In this document: piece by piece, positions 1-7,522 of the stretch
Position numbering within the stretch: position 1 is the stretch's first letter
Layout of the letters: each line of letters opens with the position of its first letter
Source: a phage
DNA: 64,000 nucleotides
Assembly: GCA_024613925.1 (NCBI GenBank)
Contig: GCA_024613925.1_4713.1
Strand: one strand, 5' to 3'
Position numbers and translations under genes: made by a program
Notes under the pieces: generated by a model
Database searches by the model: none
What the model saw: only the letters and a program-made list of their open reading frames with translations
Told to the model about the DNA's origin: nothing

Positions 1-14
1 AAAAAAAAAAAAAA
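1..14. repeat. A14 homopolymer tract at window start (T14 on minus strand)
   Basis: 14 consecutive A read directly; lies 14 nt from an 8-bp-stem hairpin (29..50), too far for a canonical terminator U-tract. Confidence 0.9.
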
Positions 15-62
15 TAATGATAGTCACAGGCTCTCCAATGAAGGAGAGCCGTGACCGTCAGT

Positions 63-764
63 TTAGGATGCGGATAATCTCGTGTACTTCTGGCGAATAT
101 AGTTCTTACGGCGAGCTTCGTCATCCTCGTCACGCCATTCGAGGTAAGCAACGAATCGACGTAACTGCGCTGCAGTCATCGTTGACGAGCGATCTTCTAC
201 ATCTAGAACAACGTAACGAACGCCACCAACGCCATCGCAATCAACGTAACTGAATACCAAAAGGCCATCGCCGTATTCAACGATGGTAACTTCGAATCGT
301 TTATCGAACAAATAAAACAGTTCCGATTCAATGATCATTGGAATGACGCATAAATCGGCACGATTGAGGATTTCCATCATCACCCGTAACGCGCGAGGAG
401 TATGGCGAGCGAACTGGTCGTTAAAACGTTGTTTTATCGCTTGTTCCACGCCATCTGTTTTTGTTCCAAACCAAGGACGTACTACAGATTTCGGTGGTGT
501 GAGACGAAAGCGATATGTTTGTATAAACAACAGAATATCAGCGACGTTGGGAACTTCTTCCTGGTCTTCGTATATCTTGCGGATAATATCCGGAATCGTA
601 ACCATCAAGTATTTCTTATCGCCTCCCACTTTCTCGAGATTAGCAATATGTCCTTCTACCACCGGCTGGTAAACGAAATTATACCAATGACGGTATCTTG
701 CGGCACGCTGGTAGTTCGGGATAAAATTAAGAATGATATTCACTGCGCGTTTTAATGGGTTCAT
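63..764 (-). CDS. hypothetical protein (acidic C-terminus)
   Basis: 233-aa ORF in a minus-strand gene run; no recognisable motif. Confidence 0.45.
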   Translation of the reverse strand: MNPLKRAVNIILNFIPNYQRAARYRHWYNFVYQPVVEGHIANLEKVGGDKKYLMVTIPDIIRKIYEDQEEVPNVADILLFIQTYRFRLTPPKSVVRPWFGTKTDGVEQAIKQRFNDQFARHTPRALRVMMEILNRADLCVIPMIIESELFYLFDKRFEVTIVEYGDGLLVFSYVDCDGVGGVRYVVLDVEDRSSTMTAAQLRRFVAYLEWRDEDDEARRKNYIRQKYTRLSAS

Positions 765-778
765 CGGAAGGATCCTTC

Positions 779-1213
779 TTATGTTTTAATATGCGCATCG
801 TCAATCCCCTCGGTAATCCAGCCGATGGGAAGGACAATCGTTGTTATCGTGTTATGGGTGTAATGATTGAGAAAATGGAAATAGTAATTTTTGTTAGACT
901 GTTCGATCCGCAGGTCGAGGTGCGCGTCTTCAGGTAACCGTAACCAAGCACCGTACAGTTCATTAAACTTGCGCTGAATTTTACCAGGGTTCATTGGAAC
1001 CCCACGACCGTGGTGGCGTAGCTGACGTAATGATTCAATCAAACACTCAGAGATACCCGTTGTCGTTCCGTTATCGCTTGTATCAATAACGATGAACTCT
1101 CGTGACCCACGACCGAGATAAAAACCAGCGACAAAAGCTGTAGCAACAAAAATTATCGTACCGATACCAATATACCAATAGTAAGTATCCATAACGACCT
1201 CACTTATACCCAA
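779..1213 (-). CDS. hypothetical membrane protein
   Basis: 144-aa ORF; N-terminal hydrophobic helix YYWYIGIGTIIFVATAFVAGFYLG; 10-nt overlap with the upstream gene. Confidence 0.45.
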   Translation of the reverse strand: MGISEVVMDTYYWYIGIGTIIFVATAFVAGFYLGRGSREFIVIDTSDNGTTTGISECLIESLRQLRHHGRGVPMNPGKIQRKFNELYGAWLRLPEDAHLDLRIEQSNKNYYFHFLNHYTHNTITTIVLPIGWITEGIDDAHIKT

Positions 1214-1779
1214 TAGTCGGCAAGCGGTTTTACCTTATTAATAGGCAACTGTACTTTACCGATGTTCTCTACATCCGCATCCGCGTAGAGAACAATTTTA
1301 TCATCGTCTCTTTCCCAACGAATTATGAATCGACCAGGAAGAAGATTACTCTGTTCAAGAGACGCAGTAACCTGTTGTGTTAAAACAGACAACCAAGCAG
1401 GCATCAGTGTTGCAACATCTAAGTCATTTGACCACTCAGCACGTTGCTCCACTGGACGTAACATACGTTCGACGGTGCGTTGAACCGTTGCGGTGATATA
1501 GCCTTTATCTTCGTCACTGATTGGATCAGGGCGAGACACAAAACGTTCAGCAGGTTTACGGGAAATATGCTCATGTAAATCGATGAGTGGTGTTGTCATA
1601 GTACTCGCTCCATCAGAATGTAATTGGGTAACCCGTAGGGTTGTCTGCATGCTATTCAGAAGCGCAAAAGCGCCATAAACAACAACGATACTAAGTATGG
1701 TCAAAACAGAAAGCATTAACGTGTATTGCATTGTCATCTCCCCTACATACGCATCTTGAAGATCGGTTAAAAACAACAA
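1204..1779 (-). CDS. hypothetical membrane protein
   Basis: 191-aa ORF; N-proximal hydrophobic segment LMLSVLTILSIVVVYGAFALL. Confidence 0.45.
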   Translation of the reverse strand: MLFLTDLQDAYVGEMTMQYTLMLSVLTILSIVVVYGAFALLNSMQTTLRVTQLHSDGASTMTTPLIDLHEHISRKPAERFVSRPDPISDEDKGYITATVQRTVERMLRPVEQRAEWSNDLDVATLMPAWLSVLTQQVTASLEQSNLLPGRFIIRWERDDDKIVLYADADVENIGKVQLPINKVKPLADYWV

Positions 1780-1832
1780 AAGAAAAAATGATATAAAGCA
1801 AGGTCCCCTGATATCAGGGGACCTTGGGTCAA

Positions 1833-2498
1833 TTAGCTTGCAGCTTCTTCATTTGTATCAGGTTTGCTTCCCCCTAACAAACCGTCAAACAGACCCGTAT
1901 GTTTCAGGTAGAAGAGAGCGATAGCGCCCATTGCTGCTGCGCTCGTCGCCGTTAACGCAACCCCAGCACGATACTGCCATTTACGGTCAGGCTTTTGATC
2001 AAGAGCCATACGACGCATGTATTCAGCCTCTGCTTCATTCCGATGAATTTCGGATTCGGCCAGACGGGCTAAGGTATCGCGGTCAAGGTTATCATAACGT
2101 ACGTTCATGGAAGTTTCCTCTTGTTTGGAAGTTGATTGCTTAGTGGATTCTTGGTCAACAGTCGTTTCAGATGGTTCAAACGGCTGGTTGTTCATTTTCT
2201 GATCTTTATTGGTCATGATAGACTCCTTCGATTTTTGAGATGAAGTTGATTTAAACCATCGTGGATGACGGTATTCGGTTTTACAGGTACAGTTAAGTTT
2301 CTCGTGCAGGAAAGCGTAAAAACGTTTTGCGCCTATACGTAAGGCTTTCAGCATTACCCATCCACGAGCACTCAAACGGTGTAGCTGTTGCGGTATGTCT
2401 AGTTTCCTAGCCAAGCGAAAGTATCTTTCAATCACTTCGATAGGAAACCATTGTTGTTCCACATCGGTGAGACTGAAAGTCTTATCCATGAATGACAT
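1833..2498 (-). CDS. hypothetical protein with C-terminal transmembrane helix
   Basis: 221-aa ORF; C-terminal hydrophobic segment GVALTATSAAAMGAIALFYL; promoter-like motif about 23 nt upstream of start. Confidence 0.5.
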   Translation of the reverse strand: MSFMDKTFSLTDVEQQWFPIEVIERYFRLARKLDIPQQLHRLSARGWVMLKALRIGAKRFYAFLHEKLNCTCKTEYRHPRWFKSTSSQKSKESIMTNKDQKMNNQPFEPSETTVDQESTKQSTSKQEETSMNVRYDNLDRDTLARLAESEIHRNEAEAEYMRRMALDQKPDRKWQYRAGVALTATSAAAMGAIALFYLKHTGLFDGLLGGSKPDTNEEAAS

Positions 2499-2512
2499 CT
2501 CGCTGGCTTACT

Positions 2513-2537
2513 TCACCTAAGTAATATAGCCGTGAAA
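2513..2537 (-). promoter_or_regulatory. conserved promoter-like motif, copy A (minus reading TTTCACGGCTATATTACTTAGGTGA)
   Basis: one of four near-identical 25-nt copies, all in the same orientation and all upstream of minus-strand gene starts. Confidence 0.5.
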
Positions 2538-2621
2538 AATGATGGAATAAGTTAAATACCGCAACCGCCGCTAATTTTATAGGCTTTTAGCCTAAACCAA
2601 CCATCTTCGGAATCATCATCT

Positions 2622-3461
2622 TTGAAACAGGAATCTATCATGGAAAAAGTATTTGTTTGTAAGTTGTTTACCAACGGCAATAGCCAACCAATGTATCTGA
2701 CCGATCCTGTTCTAGGTAATCGGAACAGTACCGTATTCAAAGAAGCTTTCGAATACGCTAAAAATAAAGCCGTGAGAACACTGACGTCCGATGACTGTAT
2801 CAATGGTATCACGTGGGCAGAGTTATTCGGTGATGCTGTTAGACACTTCGTTCGGGATGCAAGAAAACAGGAAATCGGTCTCACGACTATTGTTGTGCGT
2901 GAAAACGCAGAAATTTTGTCGAACGTTTTGGTTGATTTTAATGACGTTTGCGTGTTTAATCCAGAGAACACGTTTGAACAATACCTTACTGCCCTGAACA
3001 ACCAGCTGGGTAAAGATATTCATCCCGAATTCGCCAAGTTAACATATCAGTTACTTTTTGACGACGTCGATCCAAATACGAAGATCAATACCAGCTCGTC
3101 ACACCTGGTAAAGAAATACGGATCGGTTCTCGCTACGGCAACACCCACCACCGATGGCGGTTATGATATAGAATTGGATGGTCCATTAAAAGAACAAGAG
3201 CCTACTGGGGTTCGGGCGGTACATCACAACCTCGTCGTTAAATCTGATGGATGCGATGAACATTACGCTATGATAAACGATGAAAACAATTACCGTTTAA
3301 GTCAAGCGATTGGTGTTCTACGCTATACCGAACCCACTGTTGTAGACGATTATACATCGACAACAACGCACACCACGTGTTTCATTTTCATTTATCCCAA
3401 TGAAAGTGTGTACATTACCGACTGCTATGGCAATACCGTAGATAGCTTACGTCGTTATTAA
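2622..3461 (+). CDS. hypothetical protein
   Basis: 279-aa ORF (alternative ATG at 2640); followed by a strong intrinsic terminator. Confidence 0.5.
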   Translation: MKQESIMEKVFVCKLFTNGNSQPMYLTDPVLGNRNSTVFKEAFEYAKNKAVRTLTSDDCINGITWAELFGDAVRHFVRDARKQEIGLTTIVVRENAEILSNVLVDFNDVCVFNPENTFEQYLTALNNQLGKDIHPEFAKLTYQLLFDDVDPNTKINTSSSHLVKKYGSVLATATPTTDGGYDIELDGPLKEQEPTGVRAVHHNLVVKSDGCDEHYAMINDENNYRLSQAIGVLRYTEPTVVDDYTSTTTHTTCFIFIYPNESVYITDCYGNTVDSLRRY

Positions 3462-3467
3462 TCATCA

Positions 3468-3493
3468 AGCCTGTCCTTCGGGGCAGGCTTTTA
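3468..3493 (+). terminator. intrinsic terminator (9-bp stem, UUCG loop, U-tract)
   Basis: agcctgtcc-ttcg-gggcaggct followed by ttttat, 7 nt after the stop of 2622..3461. Confidence 0.7.
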
Positions 3494-3569
3494 TGCTGTT
3501 AAATATCAGGAATAAGAATTAACAAAATAGGAAAATGGTGTGAATATAACACAAAGGAGGGAGATGATT

Positions 3570-3686
3570 ATGTTACTCATTCTAATGGAGAGAGCATTGC
3601 TGGCGGGTATCTGCGCATTCTCTGTTAAACACGCTGTTGCTATCATGGCTGAAGAAAGGCGTAATACGCATAATGTATTACGCTGA
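3570..3686 (+). CDS. small ORF (38 aa), hydrophobic or amphipathic peptide
   Basis: AGGAGG 9 nt upstream of ATG; peptide MLLILMERALLAGICAFSVKHAVAIMAEERRNTHNVLR; sits between two hairpins; below the ORF-track length cutoff. Confidence 0.35.
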   Translation: MLLILMERALLAGICAFSVKHAVAIMAEERRNTHNVLR

Positions 3687-3725
3687 AAACACTGTGTGCA
3701 TTAGTGTATGACGAGAAATCGTCGA

Positions 3726-3747
3726 GGCCCCCGTCTTCACGAGGGCC
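3726..3747. other. GC-rich hairpin (8 of 9 bp stem, CUUC loop), no U-tract
   Basis: ggcccccgt-cttc-acgagggcc read directly; lies between the small ORF and 3796..4104. Confidence 0.4.
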
Positions 3748-3795
3748 AACACCTATGCATGATTATCCATCGTCTGTTAAACAAAGGTTATAAAC

Positions 3796-4104
3796 ATGAG
3801 CAATTTGAACGTTGAGTTTACTTCAACAACGCCTGTCATGAATGGTGTTGGCACTGAAACCAAAATCGTATTAGAACCCATTCCAGGGTTACGTGATCTC
3901 GGTGATTTTTATCCACTGATGCCGCGTATACGGAAGGCCTTAAACAGTATCGATCTTGATTCCAATAAAGATTTCCAACACGATACGGAAAATACCGATC
4001 ATGTGTTGCTACCGTCAGGGATCGCAAAATTCACCTACACGCAAACATTGAAAGCCTCCGATGGTGAAATCCGTCGTTTTATCGTTGAAGTAGAAAGCGC
4101 ATAA
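3796..4104 (+). CDS. hypothetical protein
   Basis: 102-aa ORF; stop TAA at 4102..4104 runs directly into hairpin 4109..4140. Confidence 0.45.
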   Translation: MSNLNVEFTSTTPVMNGVGTETKIVLEPIPGLRDLGDFYPLMPRIRKALNSIDLDSNKDFQHDTENTDHVLLPSGIAKFTYTQTLKASDGEIRRFIVEVESA

Positions 4105-4108
4105 AAAC

Positions 4109-4140
4109 CATCCTCCCAACCCGTAAGGGAAGGGAGGATG
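4109..4140 (-). terminator. intrinsic terminator, CCTCC/GGAGG-arm hairpin family
   Basis: catcctccc / gggaggatg stem with inner ccc-gtaa-ggg; minus strand continues GGTTTTTATG; follows tmk (minus) and also abuts the plus gene 3796..4104. Confidence 0.7.
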
Positions 4141-4157
4141 AAATATGCCGTTAAACG

Positions 4158-4799
4158 TTATTCAACAAACCCCGCATTCAACAGATTGTCGTAAACACGA
4201 TTAGCGACATCAACAGGAGAATGTGTGTTACTGGTATCTATACACAACGTTTTCGCGTCGCCGAGATAGTCCATAAAATCCATGTAACGATAACGTCGTT
4301 TATTGAATGTCGCTTCATCGATGTTATCAAACATCTGATGTTTAGCGTGACGAAGACGGAACCGTCTTAAATACGTAGGATAGTCAATATCCAGATAAAC
4401 ATAGTAAGACGGCATGATAATAGACGGTAAGTTCGGCAACAACGCGTCAAACAACTTAACGTTGGCATCATTAACCTGATAAACATACGTCGAAGCAATC
4501 GAACGATCGCTAAGCACGGTCTTCCCTTCGTTAAGGGCTGGATGAATCACCTTGTTGAAGAGATGATTGCGTTGCGACATCATCGCCAATAGTTCGGTTT
4601 CTGGATCGAATCTGTTCGTTGGCGTCTGATCTTCCAGGATAAGTTTACGAATGGCTTCTCCGTAGAGCGTACCACCAGGCTCACGTACGACGCAGACGTT
4701 GTTTAAACGACTATGTAAAGACGAGATAACCGAACTCTTTCCTGAATAATCCAGGCCTTCAATAACGATATATTTATTACGAGACATTCCCCGCTCCAA
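4158..4799 (-). CDS. tmk: thymidylate kinase (dTMP kinase)
   Basis: P-loop IVIEGLDYSGKSS near the N-terminus and DR(S/Y) motif LSDRSIASTYVYQ; 213 aa, typical length. Confidence 0.8.
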   Translation of the reverse strand: MERGMSRNKYIVIEGLDYSGKSSVISSLHSRLNNVCVVREPGGTLYGEAIRKLILEDQTPTNRFDPETELLAMMSQRNHLFNKVIHPALNEGKTVLSDRSIASTYVYQVNDANVKLFDALLPNLPSIIMPSYYVYLDIDYPTYLRRFRLRHAKHQMFDNIDEATFNKRRYRYMDFMDYLGDAKTLCIDTSNTHSPVDVANRVYDNLLNAGFVE

Positions 4800-4803
4800 T
4801 TAA

Positions 4804-6081
4804 CTATTTCGTTTTTGCCGTCAGCGGCTGCGATACCGTAATCTCCACCCGATCGACATCGGTACGTTTAACGATGATAAGGCTACGTTCATCACCGAAT
4901 GGTGCTGCTACCTTACAAGCCTCTTTAAGATTTTCGAGAATCATGCCGTGGGGTTCAAACACCGCAAAACCGGAACTAGCGTCGATTCTTATTAGACTTA
5001 CACGCACATTGTTTACGGTAATGGTGTCATCCGTCTTGAACCCACAGCAGGAGGGTAGACGGAACTGACCATTAACGCAATTAGCTAAGTATGCTTCACC
5101 GCCGAACATTTCTATTAACGTCACCGGTTTAAATGTTTTCTCTGGGAAAGCACTATTAAGGGTATCGTTTCCATTCACGAACCAGATCGTTACTTTATCT
5201 TCGGAATACACCAGCCGGTACGGTTGGGTTGCGGACGCTTGCGCTTTATGCTGGTTAAATAACTTTGATTTTGTCGCAATCGCAGCACGACCTTCGGCGT
5301 CGAAGTACAGAACTTCATATCCGACACATCCGATAAACACGCGACGGTTATTAAGTTCCGGAATTCTGACTAATAATGCTTCACCGTTGTATCCAGTAGG
5401 AACAATACCACGTAGGATGATAGATTCATTGTTCAATACCGAATTTTTCATGGTGATGCTTCGCATTATCGCTGGCGTCACTATTTTATCTTCGACAGGT
5501 TCAAGCTGCTCCGCTGTTACAGTCATGGATCTGTCTTCGTTTTCAACCGACCGATTAAAGACTATTTTATTAAGACAAACAATCGGTAGAATCCGGTCTA
5601 CACACACGGTCTCATCGAAATGTGCAGGAAAGCGAAAAATATACGGAACAAAAACATCAATATCGTCGGTTGCTTTTTCAAGCATATTAGCATATTCAAC
5701 TGCTTTAGAACGACCGTTGAGAAGAATAACCGCATAGATAACACTATCTTCCAACCATGCGCGGGTCGTACGCCCGATAATACGATTGGTGTCTATTTCA
5801 GCGCGCTGAGACTCCGGCGACCACTTTACTGAGTTGACACCATCTACAACCACGTCGGCACCATCATCACACAAACTTCGTATGAACCGACTGACGGTCG
5901 CTGCATCGATCTGAATCCCAGCAACCTCAATTTTCATCAATGGGATAACAAACTCATTATTACCGCACTTCTTTGCTCCGCGAATAATAGGAGTACTCTT
6001 CTTGTTTTCACCCGACCCCCAGATAACTTTAGTCATTTTCTGTTTCCTTCTGAGTTTTGTACTAAGCTCTGACGACATCAT
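4804..6081 (-). CDS. hypothetical protein
   Basis: 425-aa ORF co-oriented and tightly packed between tmk and the RuvC-like gene; no phosphoesterase, ligase or kinase motif recognised. Confidence 0.5.
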   Translation of the reverse strand: MMSSELSTKLRRKQKMTKVIWGSGENKKSTPIIRGAKKCGNNEFVIPLMKIEVAGIQIDAATVSRFIRSLCDDGADVVVDGVNSVKWSPESQRAEIDTNRIIGRTTRAWLEDSVIYAVILLNGRSKAVEYANMLEKATDDIDVFVPYIFRFPAHFDETVCVDRILPIVCLNKIVFNRSVENEDRSMTVTAEQLEPVEDKIVTPAIMRSITMKNSVLNNESIILRGIVPTGYNGEALLVRIPELNNRRVFIGCVGYEVLYFDAEGRAAIATKSKLFNQHKAQASATQPYRLVYSEDKVTIWFVNGNDTLNSAFPEKTFKPVTLIEMFGGEAYLANCVNGQFRLPSCCGFKTDDTITVNNVRVSLIRIDASSGFAVFEPHGMILENLKEACKVAAPFGDERSLIIVKRTDVDRVEITVSQPLTAKTK

Positions 6082-6719
6082 CGACGTTTCGTACCGACCT
6101 TCCCGTTTCGATGGTCATCAAGAATACGCCATTCTTCGAACAGGAGTTCAGCAGCGAAATAACCTACGGCGATGCTGTCTATCGCATGCTCATCAAGATT
6201 CGCTAACACAACACCGTTCTTGGGTGTGATGTTCATGAGGTTCAATACTTTCTGGCGAACATCGTCCTTACCAACACGGGACGTCATAATCCCAACAGCG
6301 CGTTTTGCGCTTCGGTTATCAACCCCTAAGAAAGACACCGTAGGGTCAAAATCGATAACCGTTGTCTGAATCGCTGAAAACAGCTCGCTGAGCGCCATAC
6401 CGCTTTGCTTGAAACGACCGATAAACGGTGTTTCACAAGCGACCGCTTGCGGTTGGTACTCTTGCAATAACGATGTCAGCGAACGACGGTGTTCTTGGAT
6501 ACGTGCGGCACGATTACCGTAGCCAAGCGCAATATCGCCATCAGGATCATATCGGCGTGAGGCGTGCCATGTCCCCGCATACAGCAGTTCAATATCTTCG
6601 ACACGCACGTCCAAACGTAGTAACGACGCACCGAGCGTATCGGTGCCAGGGTCGATTGCCAGAATATCGTAAGCGTATTCTGGTGGGATCATGGTGTTAC
6701 AACAGCCTCTACTGACCAT
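6078..6719 (-). CDS. RuvC-like Holliday junction resolvase
   Basis: ILAIDPGTDTLGASLL (RuvC N-terminal Asp motif), internal ACETPF, C-terminal DEHAIDSIAVGYF (D-x-x-D-A-L-A-I-A pattern); likely true start at MIPPEY (about 6692), which makes an ATGA overlap with the upstream gene. Confidence 0.65.
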   Translation of the reverse strand: MVSRGCCNTMIPPEYAYDILAIDPGTDTLGASLLRLDVRVEDIELLYAGTWHASRRYDPDGDIALGYGNRAARIQEHRRSLTSLLQEYQPQAVACETPFIGRFKQSGMALSELFSAIQTTVIDFDPTVSFLGVDNRSAKRAVGIMTSRVGKDDVRQKVLNLMNITPKNGVVLANLDEHAIDSIAVGYFAAELLFEEWRILDDHRNGKVGTKRR

Positions 6720-7507
6720 GGGAAGGTTTTCGCAACAACACCCTCCAGGAAGCGTTCAACTTCCGATTGCTCATACACCGAAAGCTTTTCAAACGGTGTT
6801 TGGTCTTCGGTTAAACCTACCGCATGAATAGGACCCAGGTCTTTAACCAGGGTAACTTCGCCTTTAACGCCTTCGCGTTTAACGATGATCGCATGATCGT
6901 TAACCTTGGGATCATACAACACACGCATCATGGTTACCGCGTCATCCGGTTCATAACCGAAATCGATCGCAACGCGAGCACTCGTCCCTTCTTCATCCAA
7001 GAGCTTGCTTAGCGCTTTACAGCGATCTTCAATCCAATCCAACGCAACCACGGTTTCTTGGCGTAGCTGAACCTCAACTTCTTTTCCTTGTTCATCGATA
7101 CGTTTTACGGTAACGAAATCATGCAATAAACGATCCGGAAGGAGAGAAGCGATAAGCTCAACGTTGGGTTCAGGTTTTTCGTTTTCCAGAATGATGGTCG
7201 CTTGTGCATCCAGATGTTCTTTAAAACGGATGTAACGTGTTAATCGCAGAACCTCGTCTTGAGATTTTGCGTCTTCGGGAATAATCTCCGTCATGACGTT
7301 ATAGATCTTTTCAGCGAACGTCGGAATTACGGTGATTGTAATTCGTGCCGGTGTACCACGCTCCTGGTACTCATCGGCTAACTTCTTCGCCATCCCGTTA
7401 AAGTAGGTCTGGAGAAACGGTTGCTGTGTTAAAAACATTTTCTCCAGATCGGAATAGCGATGCTTGCGTGCATGGCCTAGCTTCTTCATGGGCTTTTTCA
7501 TCAACAT
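6689..7507 (-). CDS. hypothetical protein
   Basis: 272-aa ORF between the SbcC-like and RuvC-like genes; no Mre11/SbcD phosphoesterase motifs seen. Confidence 0.5.
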   Translation of the reverse strand: MLMKKPMKKLGHARKHRYSDLEKMFLTQQPFLQTYFNGMAKKLADEYQERGTPARITITVIPTFAEKIYNVMTEIIPEDAKSQDEVLRLTRYIRFKEHLDAQATIILENEKPEPNVELIASLLPDRLLHDFVTVKRIDEQGKEVEVQLRQETVVALDWIEDRCKALSKLLDEEGTSARVAIDFGYEPDDAVTMMRVLYDPKVNDHAIIVKREGVKGEVTLVKDLGPIHAVGLTEDQTPFEKLSVYEQSEVERFLEGVVAKTFPWSVEAVVTP

Positions 7508-7522
7508 AAATCCTTATTTGTC

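Noticed and set aside
1-51. Poly-A/T tract plus hairpin at 29..50 as an intrinsic terminator for 63..764
   Set aside because: The T14 tract (minus strand) is separated from the stem by 14 nt, too far for a canonical terminator. The tract may reflect the window or genome boundary.
4804-6081. Mre11/SbcD nuclease partner for the SbcC-like ATPase
   Set aside because: Phosphoesterase motifs (D-x-H, GD-x-x-D, GNH-D/E) not recognisable; left as hypothetical.
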